From positions 1-34,997 of the forward strand of contig JBDRKP010000057.1 of NCBI GenBank assembly GCA_043813875.1: a stretch of DNA of 34,997 nt, read 5' to 3'. The notes under the pieces were generated by a model, which saw only the letters and a list, made by a program, of their open reading frames with translations, had not been told where the DNA came from and searched no databases. The stretch's first letter is position 1; each line of letters begins with the position of its first letter. A program made the position numbers and the translations under genes. The stretch is from an archaeon. GTDB taxonomy: Archaea > EX4484-52 > B79-G9. Positions 27,291-34,997 of the stretch are shown piece after piece.

Positions 27291-27848
27291 TCATAATTCG
27301 TTCTTAATTTTTTCCAGTAGCTCGGGAAACTTTTTGTATCCTGAGTTCTCATTAAAGTGGCCTGCGCCTTTTATTGTTATCATCTCAGCGCCGAGATTTT
27401 GTGCCATATTTTTCCCTTGTTTGAGCGCTATGTATGGGTCATTATCTGAATGGAAGACGTAAAACCTTTTGCTGCTTTTCTTTATCCTGTCCCAATCATA
27501 TCTCTTGTCAATGAATGTCTTGTTTATCTCATCAAAAACCGGATTGTTCAGATTCTCTGTGAATCCCGATATAAAGAATGCTGCCTTGATTTGTGTTTTT
27601 ATGTCTTCTAACACTCTCAACAGAAATGCTGCGCCCAGACTGTGGCCGATAATAATCGTATTTTCATCCAGACGGGCTTTGTGTGTGGCAAATATTTTCT
27701 GCCAGTTGTCAAGTGTCTGATCTGTTGGGGTCGGGAATCTTGGCACGAATACGTTACAGTTTAATCTCTCCAGTTCTGATTTCAGCCAAGGGTACCAATT
27801 CTCTTGCGGGTTGCCATAGGCGCCGTGAATGATGAAGACGTCGGTCAT
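27291..27848 (-). CDS. RBBP9/YdeN family alpha/beta hydrolase
   Basis: IIHG..G.P.ENWYPWL, GHSLG, HSDNDPY, GAGHFN. Confidence 0.92.
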   Translation of the reverse strand: MTDVFIIHGAYGNPQENWYPWLKSELERLNCNVFVPRFPTPTDQTLDNWQKIFATHKARLDENTIIIGHSLGAAFLLRVLEDIKTQIKAAFFISGFTENLNNPVFDEINKTFIDKRYDWDRIKKSSKRFYVFHSDNDPYIALKQGKNMAQNLGAEMITIKGAGHFNENSGYKKFPELLEKIKNEL

Positions 27849-27891
27849 ATGATTGATTCGGGATTATGATTTATATGTTTAGTGGAATACC

Positions 27892-28581
27892 TCATAGTAT
27901 GTCAAGAAGCTCGTTTAAACTCGTGATTTCGTGATCCGGCATGATGCCTGTCGCGTTTTTTATCTTTTTCCGGTTGAGCCAGATGCATCTTATGCCGGCG
28001 GCTCTTGCGCCCGCTATATCGTCTTCCAGGGAGTCGCCGACGTGGAGGAGTTCATCTTTACTGCAGCCTGCCTTTTGCCGGGCGAGAATAAATATAGCGA
28101 GGTCGGGTTTTTGGATGCCGCAGTCTTTTGAGAATATTGTGAAGGCGAGATAATGATCAAGGCTGCAATGCCTGGGAGAGGTATGGCCGTTTGAGAGCAA
28201 GCCGAGTGTGTATTTATCTTTTAGCGCGTCCAGTGTCTTTTTGACGTCATCGTATGGCTCAAGAACAGAATAACGGCACTTGATGTAGTTTTCGCATAGA
28301 TGCGATGCGAGCCTGTCATCGTCTATCCCTATATATCGCAGTGTCTCTTTGAATGCGAGATGTCTCAATTCTATGTGGTCTGTGATTTTCCCTTCCTGCT
28401 CTTTTGAGACATTTTCCCGTATCTCTATCAACTTTTTTATGTCCAGCGATTCTGAGCTTTCGGGGTGGTATGCCCTTATCTCTTTTAGTATCTCATGAAG
28501 GGCGATGCGCATGGACTTCTCAAAATCCCATAACGTGCCGTCTGCGTCGAATGTTATCGCTTTTATGCCGGTGAGTTTCAT
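27892..28581 (-). CDS. HAD-IA family hydrolase (YigB/YjjG-like)
   Basis: FDADGTLWD, LLSNG, QKPD..IF, HVGDSLEDDIAGA..AG. Confidence 0.9.
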   Translation of the reverse strand: MKLTGIKAITFDADGTLWDFEKSMRIALHEILKEIRAYHPESSESLDIKKLIEIRENVSKEQEGKITDHIELRHLAFKETLRYIGIDDDRLASHLCENYIKCRYSVLEPYDDVKKTLDALKDKYTLGLLSNGHTSPRHCSLDHYLAFTIFSKDCGIQKPDLAIFILARQKAGCSKDELLHVGDSLEDDIAGARAAGIRCIWLNRKKIKNATGIMPDHEITSLNELLDIL

Positions 28582-28660
28582 GTGTTTTCTAAGCTCATGA
28601 AGGATTATATTAATATGCTCATAAAGTTCTTTTCAAGAAAATCCGTCATTCCGGATAAAT

Positions 28661-29149
28661 TCAAAGCTGAAAGTCGCCGTGCTTTCTTATGTGCTCCACA
28701 AGGCCGCCGTCTGCAAGAATCGTCATCATGCCTTTCGGCAGCGCCGGAAATGTCAGCCGGATGTTTTTTGTCAAATCTATCAATATGCCTTTGTCAAGCT
28801 CTATTTCCAGCTGGTCGCCGTCATCGATGCTGTCTGTGTCGCATATGACTACAGGAAGCCCTACGTTTATGGCGTTGCGGTAGAAGATGCGCGCGAATGA
28901 TTTCGCTATGACTGCTTTCACTCCTGCAAGCCTTATGATTGCGGGGGCGTGTTCCCTGCTTGAGCCGAGACCGAAATTTTTTCCTGCCACTACAAAATCG
29001 CCGGGCCTGACTTTTTTTGCGAAGTCAGGGTCTGCGTCTTCTAAGACGTGTTTTGAGAGTTCCAATAAGTCCGACCTCAGGTGAAACAGCCTGCCGGGGG
29101 CTATGAGGTCTGTCGATATGTCGTCGCCGAATTTGTATGCGCGTCCCAT
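28661..29149 (-). CDS. LeuD/HacB family hydro-lyase small subunit
   Basis: FGDDISTD.IAPG, AGKNFGLGSSREHA, SFARIFYRNAINVGL, GGL. Confidence 0.9.
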   Translation of the reverse strand: MGRAYKFGDDISTDLIAPGRLFHLRSDLLELSKHVLEDADPDFAKKVRPGDFVVAGKNFGLGSSREHAPAIIRLAGVKAVIAKSFARIFYRNAINVGLPVVICDTDSIDDGDQLEIELDKGILIDLTKNIRLTFPALPKGMMTILADGGLVEHIRKHGDFQL

Positions 29150-30403
29150 CTAGAGCACCTCCCGCGGGTCTGCTATGATGCCTTTCAATGCGGTTGCTGC
29201 TGCTGTTGCCGGTGATGCGAGGTATATGTATGCGTCCGGGTTTCCCATCCTGCCTTTGAAGTTCCGGTTCTGGGTCGAGAGGCATGACTCGTTGTCGCCG
29301 AGGACACCCTGATGGACGCCGAGGCACGCGCCACAGCCGGGCGCCATGACTGTTGCGCCTGATTCTACAAGCGTCTCTATTGTTCCGTCTTTTATGGCGT
29401 CCAGGTAGACTTTCCTTGATGCCGGTACGACAACCAGTCTTGTGTCTTTGTGGATACGTTTTCCTCTGAGTATCTTTGCCGCAATCTTTAGGTCTTCCAG
29501 CCTGCCGTTGGTGCATGTCCCGATGAATACCTGGTCTATTTTTATTTTCCCGAGCTCGTCTATTGTTTTTGTGTTGTCTACTGTGTGCGGGAGGGATATT
29601 GTGGGTTTCAGTTCGCATGCATTTATTTTTATTGTCTGTTCGTATTGTGCGTCGCGGTCTGGCGTGATAGGTGTGTAATCATGCTCACGGTTGTTTTCTT
29701 TGAGGTATTTTCTTGTCTTTTCGTCTGATGCTATGAGGCCTGCTTTTGCGCCTGCCTCTACTGCCATGTTGGCAAGCGTCAGGCGGTCTGTCATTTCCAT
29801 GTTGTCTATCGTCTCGCCGCTGAATTCGAGGGCCTTGTAGGTTGCGCCGTCTGCGCCGATTTTCCCGATTATGTGGAGGATAAGGTCTTTTGGGTAGACG
29901 CCTTTCTGGAATCGGCCGGTGACGACTATATTTATTGTTTCAGGGACCCGAAGCCAAGTCTTTCCTAATGCTATGCCTATTGCGACGTCGGTCGAGCCCA
30001 TGCCTGTCGAGAATGCGCATAGGGCGCCGCCGGTGCATGTGTGGGAGTCTGCGCCGATGAGGATGTCTCCAGGCTTCACGTAGCTTTCGTTGATTATCTG
30101 GTGGCAGACGCCTTCGCCTATGTCTGAGATGATTGCGCCGGTCTTTTTTGCGAATTCCCTGAGCTTTACGTGGTCGTTTGAGAGCTCTTTTTTTGAGCTT
30201 GGAGCGGCATGGTCTATGAAAAGGACTGTCTTTTTTGGGTTTTTGGCGACCTCTAATCCAAGTTCTTTCAGCTGGCTTATCGCGAGAGGGCCTGTGCCGT
30301 CCTGGGTGAGGCAGACGTCTACGTCGACGATGGCTATGTCGCCTGCCTTTACGTCATGCCCTGCGTGTTTTGATATCAATTTTTCTGAGAGAGTCAAACC
30401 CAT
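29150..30403 (-). CDS. LeuC/HacA family [4Fe-4S] hydro-lyase large subunit
   Basis: MGLTLSEK, QDGTGP, IDH, GVCHQ, GADSHTCT.G, IGTCTNGR, PGCGACLG, TQNRNFKGRMG; start trimmed to ATG 30403. Confidence 0.92.
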   Translation of the reverse strand: MGLTLSEKLISKHAGHDVKAGDIAIVDVDVCLTQDGTGPLAISQLKELGLEVAKNPKKTVLFIDHAAPSSKKELSNDHVKLREFAKKTGAIISDIGEGVCHQIINESYVKPGDILIGADSHTCTGGALCAFSTGMGSTDVAIGIALGKTWLRVPETINIVVTGRFQKGVYPKDLILHIIGKIGADGATYKALEFSGETIDNMEMTDRLTLANMAVEAGAKAGLIASDEKTRKYLKENNREHDYTPITPDRDAQYEQTIKINACELKPTISLPHTVDNTKTIDELGKIKIDQVFIGTCTNGRLEDLKIAAKILRGKRIHKDTRLVVVPASRKVYLDAIKDGTIETLVESGATVMAPGCGACLGVHQGVLGDNESCLSTQNRNFKGRMGNPDAYIYLASPATAAATALKGIIADPREVL

Positions 30404-30422
30404 AGTCATTACCGTGTCAATT

Positions 30423-31835
30423 TCAATCTTTCGGCCATGGCTCGTATCTGGCAGGGTAATCGCATTTGAATATCCGGGGCATGAATTCCGCCACCAGGCT
30501 GGTGAGCTCGTCGTCGGATATGGCTGTGGTCCGGCCGTCCCTGTACTGGAGCATGATATGGTCGTAAATCTTTTCCAGGCCCGGTTCGGTCTTGTCGATC
30601 TTCCTTTCGAGCTCGAATATCTCGTTGATCTTGTATACAAGGCCTGCCATGCCGGACTTGTCTGTGATGGCGACCTGAACGGGGCGCTTTAAGATTTTCA
30701 GGGTGTCGAAGATGTTGTATATCTCTTCGTTTTTCAGGAGGCCGTCGGCGTGGATGCCGGCGCGGGTCATGTTGAATTCTGAGCCGACGAAGGGCTTTGT
30801 GCGGGCGATCTTTGTCTTTACTCTCTTTGTGAAGTATTCTGCTATGTCGGTTATCTTTGTGAGGTCCATGCCGTCTGTCTTTCCTGTGAGCTGGGCGTAT
30901 TCGATGCATAGCGCTTCTATCGGTGTGTTGCCGGTCCTTTCGCCGTAGCCCAAGAGCGACCCGTTGACTGCGGCGCAGCCGTGAAGCCATGCGCTTACTG
31001 CGTTCGTGTGTACCCGGTAGAAGTCGTTGTGGCCGTGCCATTCGAGCTGGTCTTTTGGGACGCCTGCGCCGTATATCATGGAATATATGAGTTTCGGGAC
31101 GCTTCTTGGAAGGACTGCGTATTCGTTTGATATGCCAAAGCCCATCGTGTCGCAGAGGCGGATCTTCACTTTCATGCCTGTCTCTTCCTGCAACTTCATA
31201 AGCTCTTTTGCGAGCGGCAGGACGAACCCGTATATGTCTGCGCGGGTGACGTCTTCGAAGTGGCAGCGAGGGATTATCTCTGATGCGATTGCCGATCGGG
31301 CGATGTCAAGGTAGTTTTCCATGGCTTTCTTTCTTGTCCACTTCAGTTTCAGGAATATGTGATAATCTGATGCTGATGTGAGGATGCCCGTCTCGTCCAT
31401 CTCAAGCTGTTTCACCAGCTTGAAGTCCTCCTTGTTTGCGCGTATCCAGCTTGTGATCTCGGGGTAATCGAATCCTTTTTTCCTGCAGGCGTCGAGGGCC
31501 TGCTTGTCTTTCTTGCTGTAGACGAAGAATTCTGACTGGCGGATGATGCCTTTTTTGCCGCCCAGTTCGTGGAGGAGGCTGTAGAGGTTAACGATGTGCT
31601 CTACGCTCAGGGGCTTGTGGCCCTGCTGGCCGTCGCGGAATGTGGTGTCTGTTATGAGGAGCTGCTCAGGGGGGTCTATCGGGACTGTCTTTTTTTCGAA
31701 GAAGATTTTCGGGACTTCGGTGTAGGGGAACATGTCGCGAAGGAGGTTGGGCTGATCGATGTCATCGAGTTCGATTTTCGGATTGTCTTTCAGTGCGTTT
31801 TTGTCGTTTTCGTCTATGAAATATCCTACAGTCAT
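30423..31835 (-). CDS. DRE-TIM metallolyase, most similar in motif pattern to Re-citrate synthase
   Basis: N-terminal PNLLRDMFPYTEVPKI, TDTTFRDGQQ, IRQSEFF, SWIRA, SDYHIF.KL, RCHFEDVTRADIYGF, CDTMG, LPRSVP, EWHGHNDF, GERTGN, TRAGIHADGL.KNEEIYNIFDT; no LeuA regulatory domain. Confidence 0.8.
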   Translation of the reverse strand: MTVGYFIDENDKNALKDNPKIELDDIDQPNLLRDMFPYTEVPKIFFEKKTVPIDPPEQLLITDTTFRDGQQGHKPLSVEHIVNLYSLLHELGGKKGIIRQSEFFVYSKKDKQALDACRKKGFDYPEITSWIRANKEDFKLVKQLEMDETGILTSASDYHIFLKLKWTRKKAMENYLDIARSAIASEIIPRCHFEDVTRADIYGFVLPLAKELMKLQEETGMKVKIRLCDTMGFGISNEYAVLPRSVPKLIYSMIYGAGVPKDQLEWHGHNDFYRVHTNAVSAWLHGCAAVNGSLLGYGERTGNTPIEALCIEYAQLTGKTDGMDLTKITDIAEYFTKRVKTKIARTKPFVGSEFNMTRAGIHADGLLKNEEIYNIFDTLKILKRPVQVAITDKSGMAGLVYKINEIFELERKIDKTEPGLEKIYDHIMLQYRDGRTTAISDDELTSLVAEFMPRIFKCDYPARYEPWPKD

Positions 31836-31869
31836 GGTATCACTTCTCACGTCGATTAACGTATATAGT

Positions 31870-31969
31870 AAAAGTCATAACTTTTTAGACTACATGACTT
31901 TTCCATATAGATTGACGTCTGTTGGTTTATTGGTCATATTTGTCCAGCTAGTAACGACGTCAACTATAT
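31870..31969. other. Two adjacent inverted repeats upstream of the citrate synthase operon
   Basis: AAAAGTCAT/ATGACTTTT (31870-31902) and ATATAG-a-TTGACGTC-t-GTT...AAC-GACGTCAA-CTATAT (31905-31969). Confidence 0.5.
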
Positions 31970-32065
31970 TTAGAATAACGGGAGAGAGATTTTAATAGGT
32001 TTGGGTTATGGACTTCAGGATATTTATTCGTGTAGTGTATCCAAGGTATGATTTTATAAAAATCA

Positions 32066-32575
32066 GCATTCTGCCACAGAGATTATTGGGAATATGATTC
32101 GGTAAATGTCGCTGTCTTCAAGGACCGCGTGGAGATAAGAAACCCCGGGAAACTCTATGGCGGGCTGACTATTGATGATATCGTGAAGGGAAATATCTCA
32201 AAACGCAGAAACGAACTGATTGCCGACATGTTCAACAAAGTCCATTTTGCCGAGAAGTGGGGGCGCGGCATAGAGCTGATTCTCTCAAAGGAGCCTGAAA
32301 CCGAATTTAAGGAGGTTGCGGGCATGTTTGTCGCGGTCTTTAAGAGAAAGAATGTTACTGAAACTGTGGAGATGAGTGACCAGAAAAGTAGCCAGAAAAG
32401 TGACCAGAAAATTATTGAATTGATTTCTCAAAATCCAGAAATTACTATAGATGAGCTAATGCATAAATTGGATTTTTCAGCAAGCGGAGTCAAAAAGATC
32501 ATTAAAAAGCTGAAGGAATCCGGCAGGCTTAAGCGCATCGGTCCGGATAAGGGCGGGCATTGGGAAGTTGTTTGA
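32066..32575 (+). pseudogene. 5'-truncated AlbA_2/HATPase_c_4-wHTH family gene remnant
   Basis: In-frame AFCHRDY..VAVFKDRVEIRNPG upstream of the track's GTG start, preceded by TAA (32057-32059) with no start codon; RRNELIA, EKWGRG, C-terminal RIGPDKGGHWEV. Confidence 0.72.
32375..32410 (+). repeat. Three 12-nt tandem repeats (SDQK-SSQK-SDQK linker)
   Basis: agtgaccagaaa agtagccagaaa agtgaccagaaa. Confidence 0.8.
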
Positions 32576-32698
32576 GGGGAAGTAAATGGATGTTTTGAAG
32601 GTCTATTAGTGACGATGTATCGTAAATAACCTTGCAAAGTCTGCGGGGTGACTATAAAATAATTTGCATCTAATAATCTATCAGTATCAGAGTATAAT

Positions 32699-34606
32699 AT
32701 GGTGATTTTTTTGAAGACTGAACTTTCGTCTCTTGAGATAAGGGTGCTTGCAGATGAGCTAAAGGGGATTGTCGGGGCGCGCGTGCAGAAGATATTCCAG
32801 GAGAAGAACATGATGCATCTTTCGATGCATGTGCCGGGGCAAGGCACGAAGACGCTGCTTGTCGGCGACGGGAAGATATTTCTTTCTAAGTACAGGCTAG
32901 TACACTCGGATGTGCCGACGAATTTCGCCATGTATCTTCGCAAGTACTGCAAGAACCAGAGGATAAAGAATGTCTACCAGCATGATTTCGAGAGGATCGT
33001 CATCATCGAGATGGATGAATACAAGCTGATTGTCGAGCTGTTCAGCAAGGGGAATGTCATATTTGCTGATAAGGATAACAGCATATGGTCGGTGCTTGAG
33101 AGGCAGTTGTGGAGTTCAAGGTCAATCAAGCAGAAGGAGGCTTATGTGTTCCCGCCGCGCGGGATTGATCCGACTGCGCTGACAGGGGAAGTATTTTTGA
33201 AAGCGCTTCTTAATTCTGATAAACAGATCGTGGCGTTCCTTGCACGGGAGCTCTCGCTTGGTGGGACGTTCGCTGAGGAAGTCTGCATCATGGCCAAGAT
33301 CGACAAGAAAAAGACTTGCAATACGTTCACTCCAAATGAGTCCGGTTTGATTATTTCGGCTATGAGTAAGCTTTTTGGATCAGACAAGAAGGCGCAGATT
33401 GTTCTCGAGAATGGCGTGGAGATCGATGTGCTGCCGTTTGATGTGGCCAAGTATAAGGATAAAGGGTTTGAAAAGAGATATTATGATAAATTCTATGATG
33501 CTGTGGATGATTTCTTTGTGAAGAAGATGGCTGAGACACTAGCGGGTACTGAAAACAAGGTCGTCTCTGTCAAAAAGGATAAGCTCACTAAAAGGCTTGA
33601 GAGCCAGAAAGAGGCTATAGAGAAGCTTAAGAAATCGGAGATTGATTCTGTCAAGAAGGCTGAACTGATCTATGAGCATTACACTTCTTTTGAAAAGCTG
33701 ATTGATGCTGTTCTAAAACAGGGCATCGGCAATGCGAGGAAAATCGCAAAAGAGATCATTTCGGCGGACCTGAAAACGAAGACGATCACTGTCGACGTGA
33801 AGGGTGTGCATCTTGCGATCAATACGGGCATATCTTTGAATGAGAATGCTAATGCCTATTATGAGCTGGCGAAAAAAGCCAAAGAGAAGATGAAGAACGC
33901 GGGGATCGCACTTCTTGAGACTGAAAGGAAGATGGCTGAGGCGAAAGAGGTTGTCGCAACTGAAGCGAAGATAGACAAAAAAGTCGAGGCAACGAAATGG
34001 TTCCATAAGTTCAGGTGGTTTGTATCGTCGGGCGGGTTTGTTGTTGTCGGCGGCAAGGATGCGACTTCCAATGAGGTGCTGATCAAGAAGCATATGGATG
34101 ATGCTGATGTTGTTTTCCATACTGATATCACGGGCTCGCCGTTTGTGGTTGTGAAGACCGAGGGGAAGGCAGTTGATAAGAAGACGCTTGATGAGGCGGC
34201 GCAGTTTACAGGGATGTATTCGAGGGCGTGGAAGGTGAATGTCGGGGTCGCGGAAGTGTATCATGTGTTGCCAGAGCAGGTGTCGAAGACTGCGCCGTCG
34301 GGGGAGTTCATAACGAAGGGATCGTTCATGATCTACGGGAAGAAGAATATCATGAAGACCGAGCTTAGGCTCGGGGTCGGGTTCAAGGATGGGGAGGTCA
34401 TCACAGGGCCACTTCTGATGATTTCTGCTGCCAGTAAAAAATATGTTTCTGTGGAGCCGGGGGATGTCGGGGCGGCTGTGCTTTCAAAGAAGGTGAAGGC
34501 GGAGCTTTTTTCTAAATGCAATAAGGATGAGCAGGAGATTTTGCGGAAGATGAGCGCGGATGTTATCGCAAAAGCGATTCCTTTCGGGAGTGGCAGGATT
34601 GTTTGA
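32699..34606 (+). CDS. rqcH: Rqc2/NEMF (RqcH, NFACT) ribosome quality control protein (start probably TTG 32711)
   Basis: NFAMYLRK, Q.DFERI, ELFSKGN, ENANAYY, WFHKFRWF.SS...GGKDA.SNE, FHTDI.GSP, QVSKTAPSGEF..KGSFMIYGKKN. Confidence 0.93.
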   Translation: MVIFLKTELSSLEIRVLADELKGIVGARVQKIFQEKNMMHLSMHVPGQGTKTLLVGDGKIFLSKYRLVHSDVPTNFAMYLRKYCKNQRIKNVYQHDFERIVIIEMDEYKLIVELFSKGNVIFADKDNSIWSVLERQLWSSRSIKQKEAYVFPPRGIDPTALTGEVFLKALLNSDKQIVAFLARELSLGGTFAEEVCIMAKIDKKKTCNTFTPNESGLIISAMSKLFGSDKKAQIVLENGVEIDVLPFDVAKYKDKGFEKRYYDKFYDAVDDFFVKKMAETLAGTENKVVSVKKDKLTKRLESQKEAIEKLKKSEIDSVKKAELIYEHYTSFEKLIDAVLKQGIGNARKIAKEIISADLKTKTITVDVKGVHLAINTGISLNENANAYYELAKKAKEKMKNAGIALLETERKMAEAKEVVATEAKIDKKVEATKWFHKFRWFVSSGGFVVVGGKDATSNEVLIKKHMDDADVVFHTDITGSPFVVVKTEGKAVDKKTLDEAAQFTGMYSRAWKVNVGVAEVYHVLPEQVSKTAPSGEFITKGSFMIYGKKNIMKTELRLGVGFKDGEVITGPLLMISAASKKYVSVEPGDVGAAVLSKKVKAELFSKCNKDEQEILRKMSADVIAKAIPFGSGRIV

Positions 34607-34708
34607 GATTGAAAACGACACCAAAAGCAAAACAAAGAACTTGTGACTGTAACGAACCACATAGGATAATTCGAAAAGAATATATAAACCCCGAATTATT
34701 AGTCTAAT

Positions 34709-34997
34709 ATGGCAAAAAGGCAAGATTTGAGTAAAATATGGATTATTATTATGGTCGTATTTTTGTTCCTTTCTATAAGTCATTTTATCCTAGCATCGAT
34801 AACCATTGATGTAGAAGCCATCAAGACCATTCAGATAGGTTCAAAACCAATGAATCAAGAATTAATTGATTATAGTATTAAGCAGAACAAAGTAAGTAAA
34901 ATAACCAACATTATTACGGGTTTGGGCTACCTTATTGCCGCCATCACTGCATTTTTAAGTAGCGAACCAAAGAGATTAATATTATTACAGAAAAAAC
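34709..34997 (+). CDS. Hypothetical membrane protein, runs off the window end
   Basis: ATG 34709 lies 20 nt after TATATAAA; frame is open for 96 codons (MAKRQDLSKIWIIIMVVFLF...ITGLGYLIAAITAFL) with two hydrophobic segments. Confidence 0.55.
   Translation, partial: MAKRQDLSKIWIIIMVVFLFLSISHFILASITIDVEAIKTIQIGSKPMNQELIDYSIKQNKVSKITNIITGLGYLIAAITAFLSSEPKRLILLQKK

Noticed and set aside
30404..30640. N-terminal extension of the LeuC-like ORF
   Set aside because: It overlaps the synthase in another frame; the family start MGLTLSEK is at 30403.
28661..31835. Plain leuA-leuC-leuD leucine operon
   Set aside because: The synthase motifs and missing regulatory domain fit Re-citrate synthase, and the nearby dehydrogenase is Icd rather than LeuB.
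4050..34662. Numerous antisense and alternate-frame ORFs in the track (e.g. 4050..4601, 22214..23005, 23180..23857, 30090..30692, 33713..34264)
   Set aside because: They are shadows of strongly supported genes, with Ser/Pro/Ile- or Arg-rich composition and no motifs.

Overview
Archaeal chromosomal window. The evidence is Dph2, an Rqc2/NEMF homolog, a COG1361 S-layer-domain gene beside MacB-type ABC genes, TTTATATA boxes about 22 nt before apparently leaderless ATGs, and GGTGA Shine-Dalgarno motifs inside operons. The gene families look DPANN-like, but that assignment is inference. Metabolic content: (i) the five-gene lower half of the archaeal (Aeropyrum-type) mevalonate pathway (UbiD-like decarboxylase, AcnX large and small subunits, UbiX, isopentenyl phosphate kinase); (ii) a Re-citrate-synthase-like gene followed by a two-subunit LeuC/LeuD-family hydro-lyase, with NADP isocitrate dehydrogenase and a two-subunit fumarase nearby. 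Other genes: a pentameric ligand-gated ion channel homolog, a full-length PEP-synthase homolog that has lost its catalytic residues, CorA, an MNT-HEPN toxin-antitoxin pair, RadC, TrxB, flavodoxin, PspC/TetR/ABC/S-layer genes, a Bro-N protein, several hydrolases and two damaged genes. Non-coding signals: a REP/MITE-like hairpin element in two copies, an identical 17-bp promoter motif in inverted orientation, several candidate operators and a pair of hairpins upstream of the citrate synthase operon. I saw no rRNA, tRNA, CRISPR array or transposase. All calls come from motif recognition by eye, with no database search.
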